64,000 nucleotides of DNA. Source: an uncultured Chloroflexia bacterium. GTDB lineage: Bacteria > Chloroflexota > Chloroflexia > QHBQ01 > JADMIH01. Location: positions 130,688 through 194,687 of the forward strand of contig CAWEQU010000003.1 in the NCBI GenBank assembly GCA_963811305.1. Reading direction: 5' to 3'. This document shows positions 19,179 to 29,988 of this stretch, piece after piece. The translations under genes and the position numbers were made by a program. Numbering within the stretch: the first letter of the stretch is position 1; the number at the start of each line of letters is the position of its first letter. The notes beneath the pieces are model-generated. The model was not told where the DNA came from and ran no database searches. It saw nothing but the letters and a program-made list of their open reading frames with translations.

Positions 19179-22100
19179 TTACCTCGTCGCTGTCAAGGTC
19201 AGGCTGTAATAGAGCGGTTGGCCTGGGGTTGGGGCTTTCAGTCTGAGCCAGTTAGTGCCTGCGTGCAATTCGCTGCCGGAGATGATAAGGGAGACCGTGC
19301 TTCCGTTGCTACCATCTGACGAAACCTGCACGGGGCGGTCATTCAGGGTGAGGGTAGGCAAGCCCTTCAACGCCTTTTCGCTCGACTGGGCTGCGTACCG
19401 TGACAGGGACCACATCGCGTCTGAGGTAGCGCCGTAGCCAGCCCAACCGATGCCCTGCCTGGACTCCATCAGAAGCCGGACATAGGTGGGGGCTGTGCTC
19501 GCGTAGGCTGAGGGCTCTCTTACTTGGTAAACAGGCTCCGCCTGGGTGGCAGCCTTGTCCGCTACAATGAGCGCATAGAGGACGGGCGCGGCGGCTTCGG
19601 CCGTAATCTTCATGCGGTCATCGAGCAGCCTGCCAACCAGCACGAGGCCATCCTGGGTGCTCCCCGACTGCATGAGCGCCAGGGCTAACCATGCCTGCCC
19701 TGCATAAGATAGACCTGCTCCTGGGGAGGCGTATGCTATATAGGGGCGAGCCAACTCAGGTTGGAGCACTCCATAAGAAGATAGTGCGTAGAGGCCATAG
19801 GCGCGTTTGTCTAGAGCCTCATCGTCCCTTACTGGGCGGGCTAGCTCCGCGCCGAGATAGGCAAGCCCGCGCTCGATTACAGCTACATCTACATGGGGAT
19901 ACGGGTCCGATTCGCGGTCTCGTTCTGGGGAGGTGAGGCTGTAGTGCCTCAGCGCTAGTAGAATATGTGCCGTGCCGGTAATGCTGCCGAGTGGCGCTTC
20001 CGCAACGGCGTCTTCGGCGCTCCAACTGCCGTCGCTGTTCTGAGCTGAATATATTTGCTCCAGGAGGCTCGCTACCTCTTCAGCTGTTGGAGAGAGGTTA
20101 TCGGGTATCTGCGCTCCTGCCTGAGTATAAGCCCAGGCGACTGAAGCAGAAGAACTCAGGCGCGCCGCCGATGCCATAGCTCTCTCATGCTTGGATGGCG
20201 AATCGCTTGCGATGTTGGTGGCTATGCTTGCGAGCGCGGGCAAGAGCGAGCTAGAGGCGCGCACCTGTAGCTCTACGCCGCCAGCAGATAGACCTGAGGG
20301 GACGAGTACGCCTACAGAACGCTCCCCGGACATCACCCCAGATACATAGGTAGTGTTCGTGCGCGCGCTCTTAGAGGCCACAATAGGGAGGCTCCACGCT
20401 CCCGCGCCATATTGTCCGGGTGCGAAGGAGAACGTTGCCAGGTGAGCGCCGGGCCTGGAGGCTTGCAAGCGCCAATCTACTCTCCGGCTACCACCGGGCG
20501 CGAGAGATAGGGTTTGCGAATCGCTGCTCAAGGTTCTAACTGCATCTTCGCCGTCCATGCGTATGACGACTGATGCAGACTGGTCGGTTGGGTTATGGAC
20601 TACTATGGAGACTGTTTGGGGTTCCATAGATTGAGCCTGAATGGTAGATGGCGTCTGGATCGAGGGGCCGGGCAGGACTCTCAGCACCGACCACGACTGC
20701 ACGTACCCTCCGTCTCCTGTGACCGCTTCCGATAGCATATACCAGAGGCCCGGCGTCCCCGGGGCTTGCAGGGTGGCAGATACGGTGCCGCTGGCTGAGA
20801 GGGTCACGTCTGGCTCCCAGCCACGCGATTCTCCCATGGCATCGCCTATATCGCTCCCGGCAACCCGCCTGAACCAGATGGACGCCACACCTGCTACACC
20901 CTGCCTTTCCCTGTCTGTGAGGCTTAGAAGGGTCACTACAGGTGCATTGGGCAAAGCGGGGAGCGGGTCGGACATTTGTAGCTCGATCCCACCAACTACC
21001 TGAGGCATGAGCGCCATCTCACGCGAGCCTGCTACTCCTGCCCTGAGAAGTCTCAAGCGCCCTCCTGCGTAGTGGCGAGGGAGGGGCACGGTGAGGTCGC
21101 CTGCGCTTGATAGGTCGAGAGACCAGGTTTGTTGCTCACCCGCCGGGGGGTAGGCCGTTAGCAACACGTCGCCATCGACGCCGCTACCGTTCAGCGTCAC
21201 GATACGCACGTTGATGCTGCCATCCTTCGCGGGGCGAGCCACAGCAGCCAGGTTGAGCTCAGGGGAGACCAACTGTCTCATACCCGCTCGCGCCGCCCCA
21301 AACGATGTAAGGTCGAGGTACTGGCTGTCGCTCCCTGCCATGCCATTGAGCGTTGCTGTGGTGGCAAGATAGAGGCTGGGGTCGTTATATGACGCTATCC
21401 ATGACGGTAAGGTCATAACGACTGTGGCCTTGCCCTCGCTATTTGTGGTAGCGGTGACCGGACTTGACACCCAGGAGTCGCCCATTATTCCGAGGGTCAT
21501 AGTGAGGGCAGAGCCTGGTGCAGCGCCTCCATTTGGCCCCAAAATGCTCACAGTACGCGTGATTACGCGGGGGGTCGCGTCCTCCGGCGCTCCGGGCACT
21601 ATATAGACGCCCAGGGTGTCGCTCTTTGGTTGCTTCACGTAGAGTGGGAAGCGACGCTCCTCTCCACCGGCACGGGCCAGCAGCGTGTATTCTCCAGGGC
21701 GTAAATCAGTGGGTAAGTTGAACAGGCCGCTTGCGCCTCCTGCATCGTCAGGTTTCAGGGTGAGAGACCTTAGCACATTTCCTGGAGGGGTGAGCAAAGA
21801 GACTTCTACCTCTCGCTCTGTGAGGGGGGTGTTCGGAATGGCGTCCGTGGTGGGGTGCAACAGTACGCGAAAGTTGACTGTCTGGCCGGGATAATATTCC
21901 GCGCGGTCGGTGCGTAGCGTGGCCGCGAGGGTGTCCCTGGATTGCGTCTTCGGGGCTGTTCCGGGAGACAGCGTCATGGCGGCGAGATGACCCGCACCGT
22001 CGCGGGCGATAGCCAGAGTAGCTTTCTCCATCAATATGTCGGGGGACCAGAGGCCGCGCTCATCCGTAAGCCCCTTCTGGAGGAGTGAGCCTTCAGGCGA

Positions 22101-23765
22101 ATAAAGAGAGATTTCGCTGCCTGCCCATGCGTGGCCGTGCTCGCCAGTGGCCCAGAAGGAGGGTCCACCTCTGTCGTCGATAGCTACCAGGTTATGGTCA
22201 GCAACCGCCAGCAATTGCCAGTCGGTCACAATCCCCTCTTCTGCCAGGGTAGAAGCTACGAGCAGATACGTGCCTGCCGGAAGCTCGTCCGGCACGGGGG
22301 CCGCGCCTTCTGATTTGCCCGCATCTGGCAGGCTCGAACTGAACGTCTGGACCGGCGCTAATCCAGCGGGTAGCCCGCCGGGGAGGGAGACCGGCCAGGG
22401 CCTCTTCTGCGCGCCCAGGGCAGATATGTACTCGGCGGGGAGGTTGTACAGAGAGAACGTCACGATAGGGCCGGAATTCGCATCTTCATCAGGGATGTAA
22501 CCCTGCGCCGGGACTTCACGCGCTTCATCTGCACTTACTTCATACTTTACGCTTCCTGACTGGCTCATGGGAACTACGCTGACACGCCCATCCAACAAGC
22601 GAACCCTCGAAGTTGGGAGCGTGCTGGTGTAGGCGAACTCATGGGGCTGCCCCAGGGTATCGCCACCCTGGGTGCGTGAGGTAGCTGCTGTGCGTAGATA
22701 GACCGTACCTTCGGGCATCGGTACGTCGGGCGACACAATGACTTTGCGCCCATCTGGATCCCAGTAAAGGGTTGCGGGCAAAGCCTCGCTTGACCCGCTC
22801 GTGTGGAGCGACACAGCCGTTTGTTCTCTGTTCATGGGGGCTTCAAAATTGAGGCTGAGTGTGGCTGTGGGGGATAGAGTAGCGCCTGGATTGGTGTCCG
22901 GCATGACGCCATATGGCTCTTTGGTGCGGAAGGACCAGGTGATGGGCTGCCGGAGGGGCGTGCCGGTGAGGGAGCGCGCAGTGCTGCTGAGTAGCAGGGT
23001 GTAAGTGATGCCCCTGAGCAGGCCCGGCTCGTGCGGGGAGAAGAGCAACTCGTTGTCGGCTGCCCACTGGAACGCCCCGGCTGCGGGTGGGTCTATGCCC
23101 CAGGCGTTTTCGACCGAGGCCCGGTCCATAGGCTGGTCGAAGCGGATGCTCATGGGCGCGCCGAGGGGAACGTCGTGAGCATCGCCGGTGGGCGAGAGGC
23201 GCACCGGATTGGGTATGGCTACCGGACCGCCAACCCCGTATTTGCCCGATGATATGGCCGCTAGAGGAGTGGAGTTGACGGCAATGGGGGCTTCTTCGCC
23301 CGGCACGAGGAAGCCAAGCTCTTTGTAACCCCCAATGGGAGGGAGTATGTTCAGCCAGTAGGCCAGGCTGATCATGGCAAAGATGGAGGTGGCTGCCGCA
23401 AATGCGACGCGCTTCGGAGAAGGATCGAACCGCAAGAGCAGACCTGCCGCAAGCAAGCTCCACTTTCTAAATGCGGAGTGCGGAGTGCGGAGTGCGGAAT
23501 TGGGACGGGTTGTGGCTTGGATTGATCTGGTAGGCGCTGGCTCGTCGTGCTTGACGGAGCTTAGGACGGCGTTTCGCACGCGGTCAGAGGGGCGAGGCTC
23601 GGAGGCTGCTTCCTTGAGAAGCACGTCTGTCTGGCGTGCGCGGGCCAGCCATGCGGCGCACTCGTGGCAGCCCTCTACGTGGTCGAGCAACTCGCGGCGC
23701 TGGCGGGGCGTGACCTCGCCATCCATGTAGCGCGATATTAGCTGCCGGTAGCGCGCGCAGGTCAC
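19179..23765 (-). CDS. Giant membrane anti-sigma factor (1528 aa): N-terminal zf-HC2 anti-sigma domain, TM, tandem SbsA-type Ig-like domains, MG-like repeats and a C-terminal alpha-2-macroglobulin TED-like region
   Basis: CARYRQLISRYMDGEV…HVEGCHECAAWL is a zf-HC2 anti-sigma motif. GTG start overlaps the sigma gene stop. The C-terminal LEQIYSAQNSDGSWS…TAHILLAL resembles an A2M thiol-ester domain, but no CxEQ thioester motif is evident. The GCGGAGT x3 array is in-frame in the cytoplasmic linker. Confidence 0.55.
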   Translation of the reverse strand: MTCARYRQLISRYMDGEVTPRQRRELLDHVEGCHECAAWLARARQTDVLLKEAASEPRPSDRVRNAVLSSVKHDEPAPTRSIQATTRPNSALRTPHSAFRKWSLLAAGLLLRFDPSPKRVAFAAATSIFAMISLAYWLNILPPIGGYKELGFLVPGEEAPIAVNSTPLAAISSGKYGVGGPVAIPNPVRLSPTGDAHDVPLGAPMSIRFDQPMDRASVENAWGIDPPAAGAFQWAADNELLFSPHEPGLLRGITYTLLLSSTARSLTGTPLRQPITWSFRTKEPYGVMPDTNPGATLSPTATLSLNFEAPMNREQTAVSLHTSGSSEALPATLYWDPDGRKVIVSPDVPMPEGTVYLRTAATSRTQGGDTLGQPHEFAYTSTLPTSRVRLLDGRVSVVPMSQSGSVKYEVSADEAREVPAQGYIPDEDANSGPIVTFSLYNLPAEYISALGAQKRPWPVSLPGGLPAGLAPVQTFSSSLPDAGKSEGAAPVPDELPAGTYLLVASTLAEEGIVTDWQLLAVADHNLVAIDDRGGPSFWATGEHGHAWAGSEISLYSPEGSLLQKGLTDERGLWSPDILMEKATLAIARDGAGHLAAMTLSPGTAPKTQSRDTLAATLRTDRAEYYPGQTVNFRVLLHPTTDAIPNTPLTEREVEVSLLTPPGNVLRSLTLKPDDAGGASGLFNLPTDLRPGEYTLLARAGGEERRFPLYVKQPKSDTLGVYIVPGAPEDATPRVITRTVSILGPNGGAAPGSALTMTLGIMGDSWVSSPVTATTNSEGKATVVMTLPSWIASYNDPSLYLATTATLNGMAGSDSQYLDLTSFGAARAGMRQLVSPELNLAAVARPAKDGSINVRIVTLNGSGVDGDVLLTAYPPAGEQQTWSLDLSSAGDLTVPLPRHYAGGRLRLLRAGVAGSREMALMPQVVGGIELQMSDPLPALPNAPVVTLLSLTDRERQGVAGVASIWFRRVAGSDIGDAMGESRGWEPDVTLSASGTVSATLQAPGTPGLWYMLSEAVTGDGGYVQSWSVLRVLPGPSIQTPSTIQAQSMEPQTVSIVVHNPTDQSASVVIRMDGEDAVRTLSSDSQTLSLAPGGSRRVDWRLQASRPGAHLATFSFAPGQYGAGAWSLPIVASKSARTNTTYVSGVMSGERSVGVLVPSGLSAGGVELQVRASSSLLPALASIATNIASDSPSKHERAMASAARLSSSASVAWAYTQAGAQIPDNLSPTAEEVASLLEQIYSAQNSDGSWSAEDAVAEAPLGSITGTAHILLALRHYSLTSPERDRESDPYPHVDVAVIERGLAYLGAELARPVRDDEALDKRAYGLYALSSYGVLQPELARPYIAYASPGAGLSYAGQAWLALALMQSGSTQDGLVLVGRLLDDRMKITAEAAAPVLYALIVADKAATQAEPVYQVREPSAYASTAPTYVRLLMESRQGIGWAGYGATSDAMWSLSRYAAQSSEKALKGLPTLTLNDRPVQVSSDGSNGSTVSLIISGSELHAGTNWLRLKAPTPGQPLYYSLTLTATR

Positions 23766-24350
23766 TTAGAAGCCCTCCCCTTTGTCGCCCAGGCCATCCG
23801 CGCTGAGAGGCTCGGTGTTGTGGGAGAAGTCGCGGTATCCCTGCATGAAGGCTTCGCGGGCGCGGGCAAGGCGGCTAAAGACGGTGCCCTTGGGTATCTT
23901 GAGGATTTCGGCTATCTCTTCGCAAGAGAAGCCCTCTACGGAGCGCAATACGAGGCATACGGCCAGCGCGGGGGGCATCTCGCGTAAAGTGCGGCGCACT
24001 ATTTGCGACTCGATAACCTGGGGCGCGAAGTCGTCGGAGGTGAACTCGGCTGTCTTCTCACTCTCTTCGAGGATGGGCATCCAGGTGATCAGCTTGCGGC
24101 GGCGGAGTATGTCGAAGCAGGCGTTGGAGGCTATGCGGTATAGCCATGCGCTGACGTTGGAGTCCCTGGCGATGCTTCTTATGCCCTGGAATGCCTTGAG
24201 GAAGGTCTCCTGGGTAATGTCGTCGGCTAGCTCCTGGTTTCCGATGAGGCGGTAGACATAGCGATATATCTGCGGGCTGAAACGCTCGTAGATGAGCACA
24301 AAAGCTTCTTCGTCGCCATTACGCGCCCGTTCGATTACTGCTATATCCAT
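23766..24350 (-). CDS. ECF (sigma-70 family, group IV) RNA polymerase sigma factor
   Basis: Region 2 (YRYVYRLIGNQELADDITQETFLKAF) and region 4 (EGFSCEEIAEILKIPKGTVFSRLARAR) signatures. Confidence 0.8.
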   Translation of the reverse strand: MDIAVIERARNGDEEAFVLIYERFSPQIYRYVYRLIGNQELADDITQETFLKAFQGIRSIARDSNVSAWLYRIASNACFDILRRRKLITWMPILEESEKTAEFTSDDFAPQVIESQIVRRTLREMPPALAVCLVLRSVEGFSCEEIAEILKIPKGTVFSRLARAREAFMQGYRDFSHNTEPLSADGLGDKGEGF

Positions 24351-24496
24351 GGAACGTGATACGTGATTAAGGTGGTAGTTATCCCTCTAGTTTAAGAGGA
24401 TGAGGGGAAGATACCCTATGATTATAGGAGGGATGCTTGCTGGTCGTCAAGATATTCTCTTGCCTGAGAGTGGCGAAAAATGAAGAGAAATATTTG

Positions 24497-24575
24497 TAGG
24501 GGCGTGATTTATCGCGCCCTGGAGTAAGAGGATGCTGTACCAACCAGGGCGCGATAAATCACGCCCCTACATCTG
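24497..24575. repeat. ~27-bp-stem perfect hairpin in a divergent promoter region
   Basis: tgtaggggcgtgatttatcgcgccctgg…ccagggcgcgataaatcacgcccctaca. Confidence 0.8.
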
Positions 24576-24647
24576 CATTATTCGCTACTCCTCTTCTCAT
24601 ACCACAGACCGATAGGCTGGGCTGCCACCGACCTGTATAATGTCAAC

Positions 24648-26459
24648 ATGTCTGTGGCCGTTGATTCCGCACGTCGAACCGCCAATAAGGAAGGCCCTCC
24701 CGTCAGGGGCCGCCGTCCCTTCCGCACTTTGCTCGGCACATATCTCAGGCCGCAGTGGCGTCGCGCCCTGTTGCTGTGCCTGCTGCTGTTCGGCGGCATC
24801 ACTCTCCAACTGATCAACCCACAGGTGCTCGGTAGCTTCATAGACAGCGCGACCGGCCAGAATGCGCAGCAGAGCCAGGGGCTTGACGTTCTAACCGGGC
24901 TGGCCTTGCTCTACCTGGGGCTGGCATTTGTTGGGCAAATCGTAACGGTCATAGAGACTTATGTAGCCCAGAATATTGGGCTAACCGCCACCAACAAGCT
25001 GCGCAACGACCTGTTGCTGCACACCCTGGGCCTCGATCCTGGGTTTCATAACTCGCACACCCCCGGAGAGATGATTGAGCGTGTGGATGGTGACGTCTCT
25101 CTGCTTGGCAACTTCTTCTCGCGCTTCGTGGTCAATCTGCTGGGCAATGCCATCCTGCTTGTTGGGGTGCTGGCGCTGCTGCTAGCCATTGACTGGCGCG
25201 TGGGCGTCGCGGTGGGTATTTGCAGTCTATCCGGCATATTCCTGATGAACTCGCTACGAAGGTTCGCCGTGCCTCATTTCAAAGCAGGGAGGCAGGCAAG
25301 CGCCGAGCTTTTTGGCTACCTGGAAGAGAGATTATCGGCTACGGAAGATATACGCTCCAGCGGGGCAATTCAGCACGCGATGCGAGGGCTGTACGCCAGG
25401 AGCCGGGCGCTTTTAGAAAAGCAGCGCAGGGCAGCAATAGTAGGCAGCCTCGCCTGGAACACTACTTTTGCCTTCCTCTTGTTCAGCCTGGCCGCCGCGA
25501 TGGGCATAGGCGGCTATCTCTATATGCAGGGCCAGATCACCATCGGCACGCTGTATATTATCTTCAACTACACCTCTCTGCTGAGAAACCCTATCGAGCA
25601 GATATCGCGGCAGATGCAAGACCTACAGCAGGCCGCCGCAGGCATCTCGCGTATCTACGACCTTTTGAACACGCAAAGCATTCTCAAAGACGGGCCAGGC
25701 ACGCCGCTCCCCGCAGGCGCGCTCTCTGTGGAGTTTGACGGCGTGGCCTTCGGCTACGACGCCGAGGAGATCATACTGCGCGATATCTCGTTCAACCTGC
25801 GGCCGGGTGAGGTGCTGGGACTGCTGGGGCGCACCGGCTCAGGCAAAACGACGATGACTCGCCTCCTCTTCCGGCTATACGACCCGACACGGGGTGCCAT
25901 CAAGCTGGGCGGGGTGGCCCTGCGCGATATGTTCATAAAAGAGTTGCGGCGGCACGTGGGCATGGTTACCCAGGACATCCAGATATTCCACGCCAGCGTG
26001 CGTGACAATCTTACCCTGTTCGACCGCTCCATCCCCGACAGCAAGGTAGAAGGGGCGCTGGCTGACCTGGGTCTAGAGGGTTGGCTTCACGGCCTGCCGC
26101 ACGGGCTGGACACAAAATTAGCCCCCGGCGCGTCCGGCTTATCGGCGGGGGAGGCGCAGCTCCTCGCTTTTGCGCGGGTCTTCCTGCATGACCCTGGAGT
26201 GGTCATCCTTGACGAAGCCTCCTCGCGCCTCGATTTTGCTACAGAGCAGAAGCTGGAGCACGCCGTTTCGCGCCTGCTTGAGGGGCGTACGGGCATAATC
26301 ATCGCGCATAGACTCGGCACTGTGCAGCGAGCCGATACGATAATGGTGCTGGAGGACGGGCTGTGCCAGGAGTATGGCGAGCGAGCCGCTCTGGAGCGCG
26401 ACCCCAATTCTCGCTTCGCCCAACTACTGAAGGCCGGTTTGGAAGAAGTGCTGGTTTGA
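24648..26459 (+). CDS. ABC exporter, fused permease/ATPase (half-transporter 1)
   Basis: 6-TM N-terminal domain, Walker A GRTGSGKTT, signature LSAGEAQLL, Walker B ILDEASS. Confidence 0.8.
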   Translation: MSVAVDSARRTANKEGPPVRGRRPFRTLLGTYLRPQWRRALLLCLLLFGGITLQLINPQVLGSFIDSATGQNAQQSQGLDVLTGLALLYLGLAFVGQIVTVIETYVAQNIGLTATNKLRNDLLLHTLGLDPGFHNSHTPGEMIERVDGDVSLLGNFFSRFVVNLLGNAILLVGVLALLLAIDWRVGVAVGICSLSGIFLMNSLRRFAVPHFKAGRQASAELFGYLEERLSATEDIRSSGAIQHAMRGLYARSRALLEKQRRAAIVGSLAWNTTFAFLLFSLAAAMGIGGYLYMQGQITIGTLYIIFNYTSLLRNPIEQISRQMQDLQQAAAGISRIYDLLNTQSILKDGPGTPLPAGALSVEFDGVAFGYDAEEIILRDISFNLRPGEVLGLLGRTGSGKTTMTRLLFRLYDPTRGAIKLGGVALRDMFIKELRRHVGMVTQDIQIFHASVRDNLTLFDRSIPDSKVEGALADLGLEGWLHGLPHGLDTKLAPGASGLSAGEAQLLAFARVFLHDPGVVILDEASSRLDFATEQKLEHAVSRLLEGRTGIIIAHRLGTVQRADTIMVLEDGLCQEYGERAALERDPNSRFAQLLKAGLEEVLV

Positions 26460-26493
26460 TGTGTTAGAGGCAATAAGCAGGTAGAAGGCTGTA

Positions 26494-28319
26494 GTGAAAA
26501 TCCAAAATCCAAAATCTAAAATCCAAAATCGGAAGAGCTGGTGGTATATCTGGCGGCTAGCCCGCTTCCGCTTTCCTCTTTACCTGCTGAGCGGCCTGCT
26601 GGCAAGCTCGCTATTTTACTTCTTTCCACTGATCCCCGGTCTCTTTGTGCGTGAGATATTCGACAACCTCACCGGCAATGCCCCCGCCGAGAGCAGCCTC
26701 TGGACCTACGCCGCACTGATCGCCGCCGTAGGCCCCGTCCAGATGCTATCCAATCTAGGTGCTAATGTGGTCGAGGTGACCATGCAACTGACCACGGCGG
26801 CGCTGCTGCGCCGCAATATGTTCGAGCGTATACTACAGCGTCCAGGAGCGAAGGCGCTGCCCGCGTCGACGGGAGAGGCGATAAGTCGCTTCCGCAATGA
26901 CGTTGAGGAGATTTACGGCTTCCTGACCTGGACGCTCGATCCCCTGGGCCAGGCGATAGTCATGATCCTCGCTCTCAGCATACTGATCAGCATCAACCCA
27001 CTCATCACGGTGGCGGTTTTCGTGCCGCTCGTGGCGGTGCTGGTCATTGTAAACACTGCCAGTAAGCGCATCCAGAAGTATCGCAAAGCCAACCAGGAAG
27101 CGATTGGTGAGGTGACAAGTCTACTGGGCGAGGTGTATGGGGCAGTACTGGCGATAAAGGTGGCGGGCGCTGAGGAGAACGTAGCAGCGCATTTTCGGGG
27201 AGTGAACGAGGCGCGTCGAAAAGCCGCGCTCAACGACGTGCTGCTCACAGAGCTGCTAGGCTCGATCTCCTTCAACGTCGCCAACCTGGGCACCGGGTTG
27301 ATGCTACTGGTCGCGGCGCAGGCCATGCACAGCGGCAGCTTTACCGTGGGCGATTTCGCACTCTTCGTATCGTACCTGGGCTGGCTGACCGTCGTGATCA
27401 GCATGTTCGGGAACTATCTGACCAAGTATCGCCAGGTGCAGATATCGTTGCAAAGGGCTATCGAGCTGTTACAGGGCGCGCCTTCCGAGATGCTTGTCAG
27501 ATATAACCCCGTCCACATGCGCGGCCCTCTGCCTGAGCCTACCCACATCCAAAGGACCGAGGCCGACACCCTGAAACGGCTCGAAGCCACCGGCCTGGTA
27601 TTTCATTACCCAGGCTCCTCTAATGGGATTGAGGCTGCCAGCTTTAGCCTTGAGCGAGGATCATTTACCGTCATCACGGGGCGCATCGGTGCGGGCAAGA
27701 CAACCTTGCTGCGAGTGCTGCTGGGGTTGTTGCCGCGAGAGGGAGGTGCGGTCCGGTGGAACGGTGAGGAGGTGGACGACCCGGCGAGCTTCTTCGTGCC
27801 GCCACGCTGTGCCTACACGCCGCAGACGCCGCGCCTCTTCAGCGACTACGTTGCGAGAGAACATTCTGCTCGGGCTACCCCGGTGAGGAACCGGCCATGA
27901 CCACTGCCCTGCACGCCGCCGTGCTCGAACGGGACATCGGCGAGATGGAGCAGGGGCTTGACACCCTGGTTGGGCCACGGGGGGTCAAGCTGTCGGGTGG
28001 GCAGATGCAGCGCACCGCGGCGGCGCGCATGTTCGTGCGCGAGGCCGAATTATTGGTAGTGGACGATCTTTCGAGCGCGCTCGACGTGGAGACCGAAAGC
28101 GCTCTCTGGGCACGCCTGGCCCGGCAGCGAAACGTCACCACCCTCGCCGTCTCCAACCGGCGCTCGGCTTTGCGCCGTGCCGATCAGATCATTGTCCTCA
28201 AAGAGGGGCAGGTTGAGGACAGGGGCACGCTGCCCGAGCTGCTGGAGAGATGCGAGGAGATGCATCGCCTATGGCACGGCCAGCTTGAGAGACGCGAGGT
28301 GGAGGAAGCACGCGCATAA
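26494..28319 (+). CDS. ABC exporter, fused permease/ATPase (half-transporter 2); two closely spaced apparent frameshifts at 27845-27890
   Basis: Walker A GRIGAGKTT. After …PRLFSD the expected TLRENILLGLP and GEEPAMTTALH… segments are in the other two frames (C4 run), then LSGGQMQRTAAARMF. The N-terminus MKIQNPKSKIQNRKS is encoded by the TCCAAAA array. Confidence 0.7.
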
Positions 28320-28611
28320 ACCGATGGTATTTTCTTTGCGCACGCGGTTTTGAAATGCGCTCAAGGGAGTGGCAAAAAGGGGAGACATGATTGGGTAGCG
28401 CCAGCATCTTGCTGGCATTGTCAAGCGTCATACTTGCCGCCAAGATGGCGGCGTTACAATTACGTCTCTTCCTTTTTAGCCACTCCCGCTCAAGCAGACA
28501 TTTGCATACTTTGGTGGATATTGTATACTGCGACAGCGCGCCCGCCAGCCTTAGAGAGGCGGGGGCAGCGCCGAGGCAACTAATATTTATGTTTAGGAGG
28601 AGGTAGAGATC

Positions 28612-29926
28612 ATGTCTATACGACGGCGTTTATCAAGTGGTCTGGCCTTAGCAATGCTGATAGGGACTTTGCTGCCGGCAGGTAGCACGCTTGCCAAGGA
28701 AGACTCGCACACGGGCCACGTAGTGGCGGGCGGCCTGGCCAGCCCTCGCGGTCTCAGCGTGGGTGACGACGGCAACCTGTACGTGGCCGAAGCAGGCAGC
28801 GGCGGTGACCAGGTGGTTACTATTATAGGTCCGGACGGGGAGCCAACGGAGGCCCGCGTCGGCCTCAGCGGGCAGGTTAGCAGGATCACACCTGATGGGC
28901 AGAAGACGATAGTAGCACGCAACTTGCCTTCGGCCCTTACGGGGGATGCGGAGGCTGCTGAGGCCGCAGGACCGCATGGCGCGATCTACGCAAATGGCGC
29001 TCTTTGGGTGACCACTTTCGGTGCCCTGCAAGCCCCTCAGCCGCCGCCCAATACGGGAGCACTTCTCAAAGTCAACGTACAGGATGGCTCGATAGAGGAG
29101 ATCGCAAACCTCCAGAATTACGAGAAGGCCAATAACCCCGACGGCTTCCTACCCGAACTCGAACCCCTACGGCCTGGCCCTCGGTAAGGATGGCATGATA
29201 TACGTTGCTGATGCCGGTGGTAACGCGCTCTACAAGGTAAATCCGGCCAGTAAGGAGTTGAGCGTGGTCAGCGTGTTCGCTGGGCTGCCTCTCCCTGAGA
29301 TGCTGCGTGGGCCTGGACCGTTCGCGGAGGGGAACCCGACGCGCAACGGCGCTTTCGAAATCGACCCTGTACCCACAGGCGTAACCATAAGTGACGGCGG
29401 CACTATCTATGTCGGCATGTTGAGTGGTTTCCCCTTCCTGCCAGGCGGGACCAAGATAGTAAGCGTTTCGAGCGATGGCAAAATGGCTGACGCAGCCGAT
29501 GGTCTCACAATGGTTGTGGATGTTGAATATGGACCGGACGGGATGCTCTACGCGTCCGAGTTCGGCCAGTTCAGCCTGGGCGAAGGTGGCCCTCCAGGCT
29601 TCATTCCCAACAGCGGCCGTATCATGCGCGTTATGCCGGACGGCACCTCGGAGGCAATTGCCCAGGGTCTGAGCTTCCCCAACGGCATCGCTATCATGGA
29701 AGATGGTAGCTTGTATGCTGCCGTCGACAGCCTCTCCACTACCGACGGCCAGGTAATGATGCTCGGCAACGTAAATGAGTTGACCGGAATACCTGTCGGT
29801 ATGCCTACTTCCGGGCAGGGCTTCACTCTCGACTGGGCGATTTACGTTAGCCTGGTGATGTTGCTTGGCGGCTGTGCGATACTCGTCACATCGCATAGGC
29901 TTGCACTCCGCAAGCGCGACCTCTAA
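28612..29926 (+). CDS. ScyD/ScyE-family beta-propeller protein with signal peptide and C-terminal TM anchor; apparent frameshift near 29150
   Basis: HGAIYANGALWVT and NPYGLALGKDGMIYVADAGGNALYKV are ScyD/ScyE-type motifs. The two ORFs (28612-29187 and 29195-29926) are joined in adjacent frames. Confidence 0.55.
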
Positions 29927-29933
29927 AGGAATT

Positions 29934-29988
29934 CTTCTTTTTCGTCAAATATCGGCCTTGCAAGGCCGATATTTGACGAAAAAGAAAT
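29934..29988. terminator. Long perfect palindrome after the ScyD-like gene (bidirectional terminator-like)
   Basis: ttctttttcgtcaaatatcggccttgcaaggccgatatttgacgaaaaagaa. Confidence 0.6.

Noticed and set aside
19255-23730. Many 60-200-aa ORFs on both strands inside the 19179-23765 gene (e.g. 22843-23463, 23374-23730)
   Set aside because: They are nested within one long continuous ORF with recognisable domains at both ends, and have typical GC-rich antisense composition (Arg/Pro/Ala-rich).
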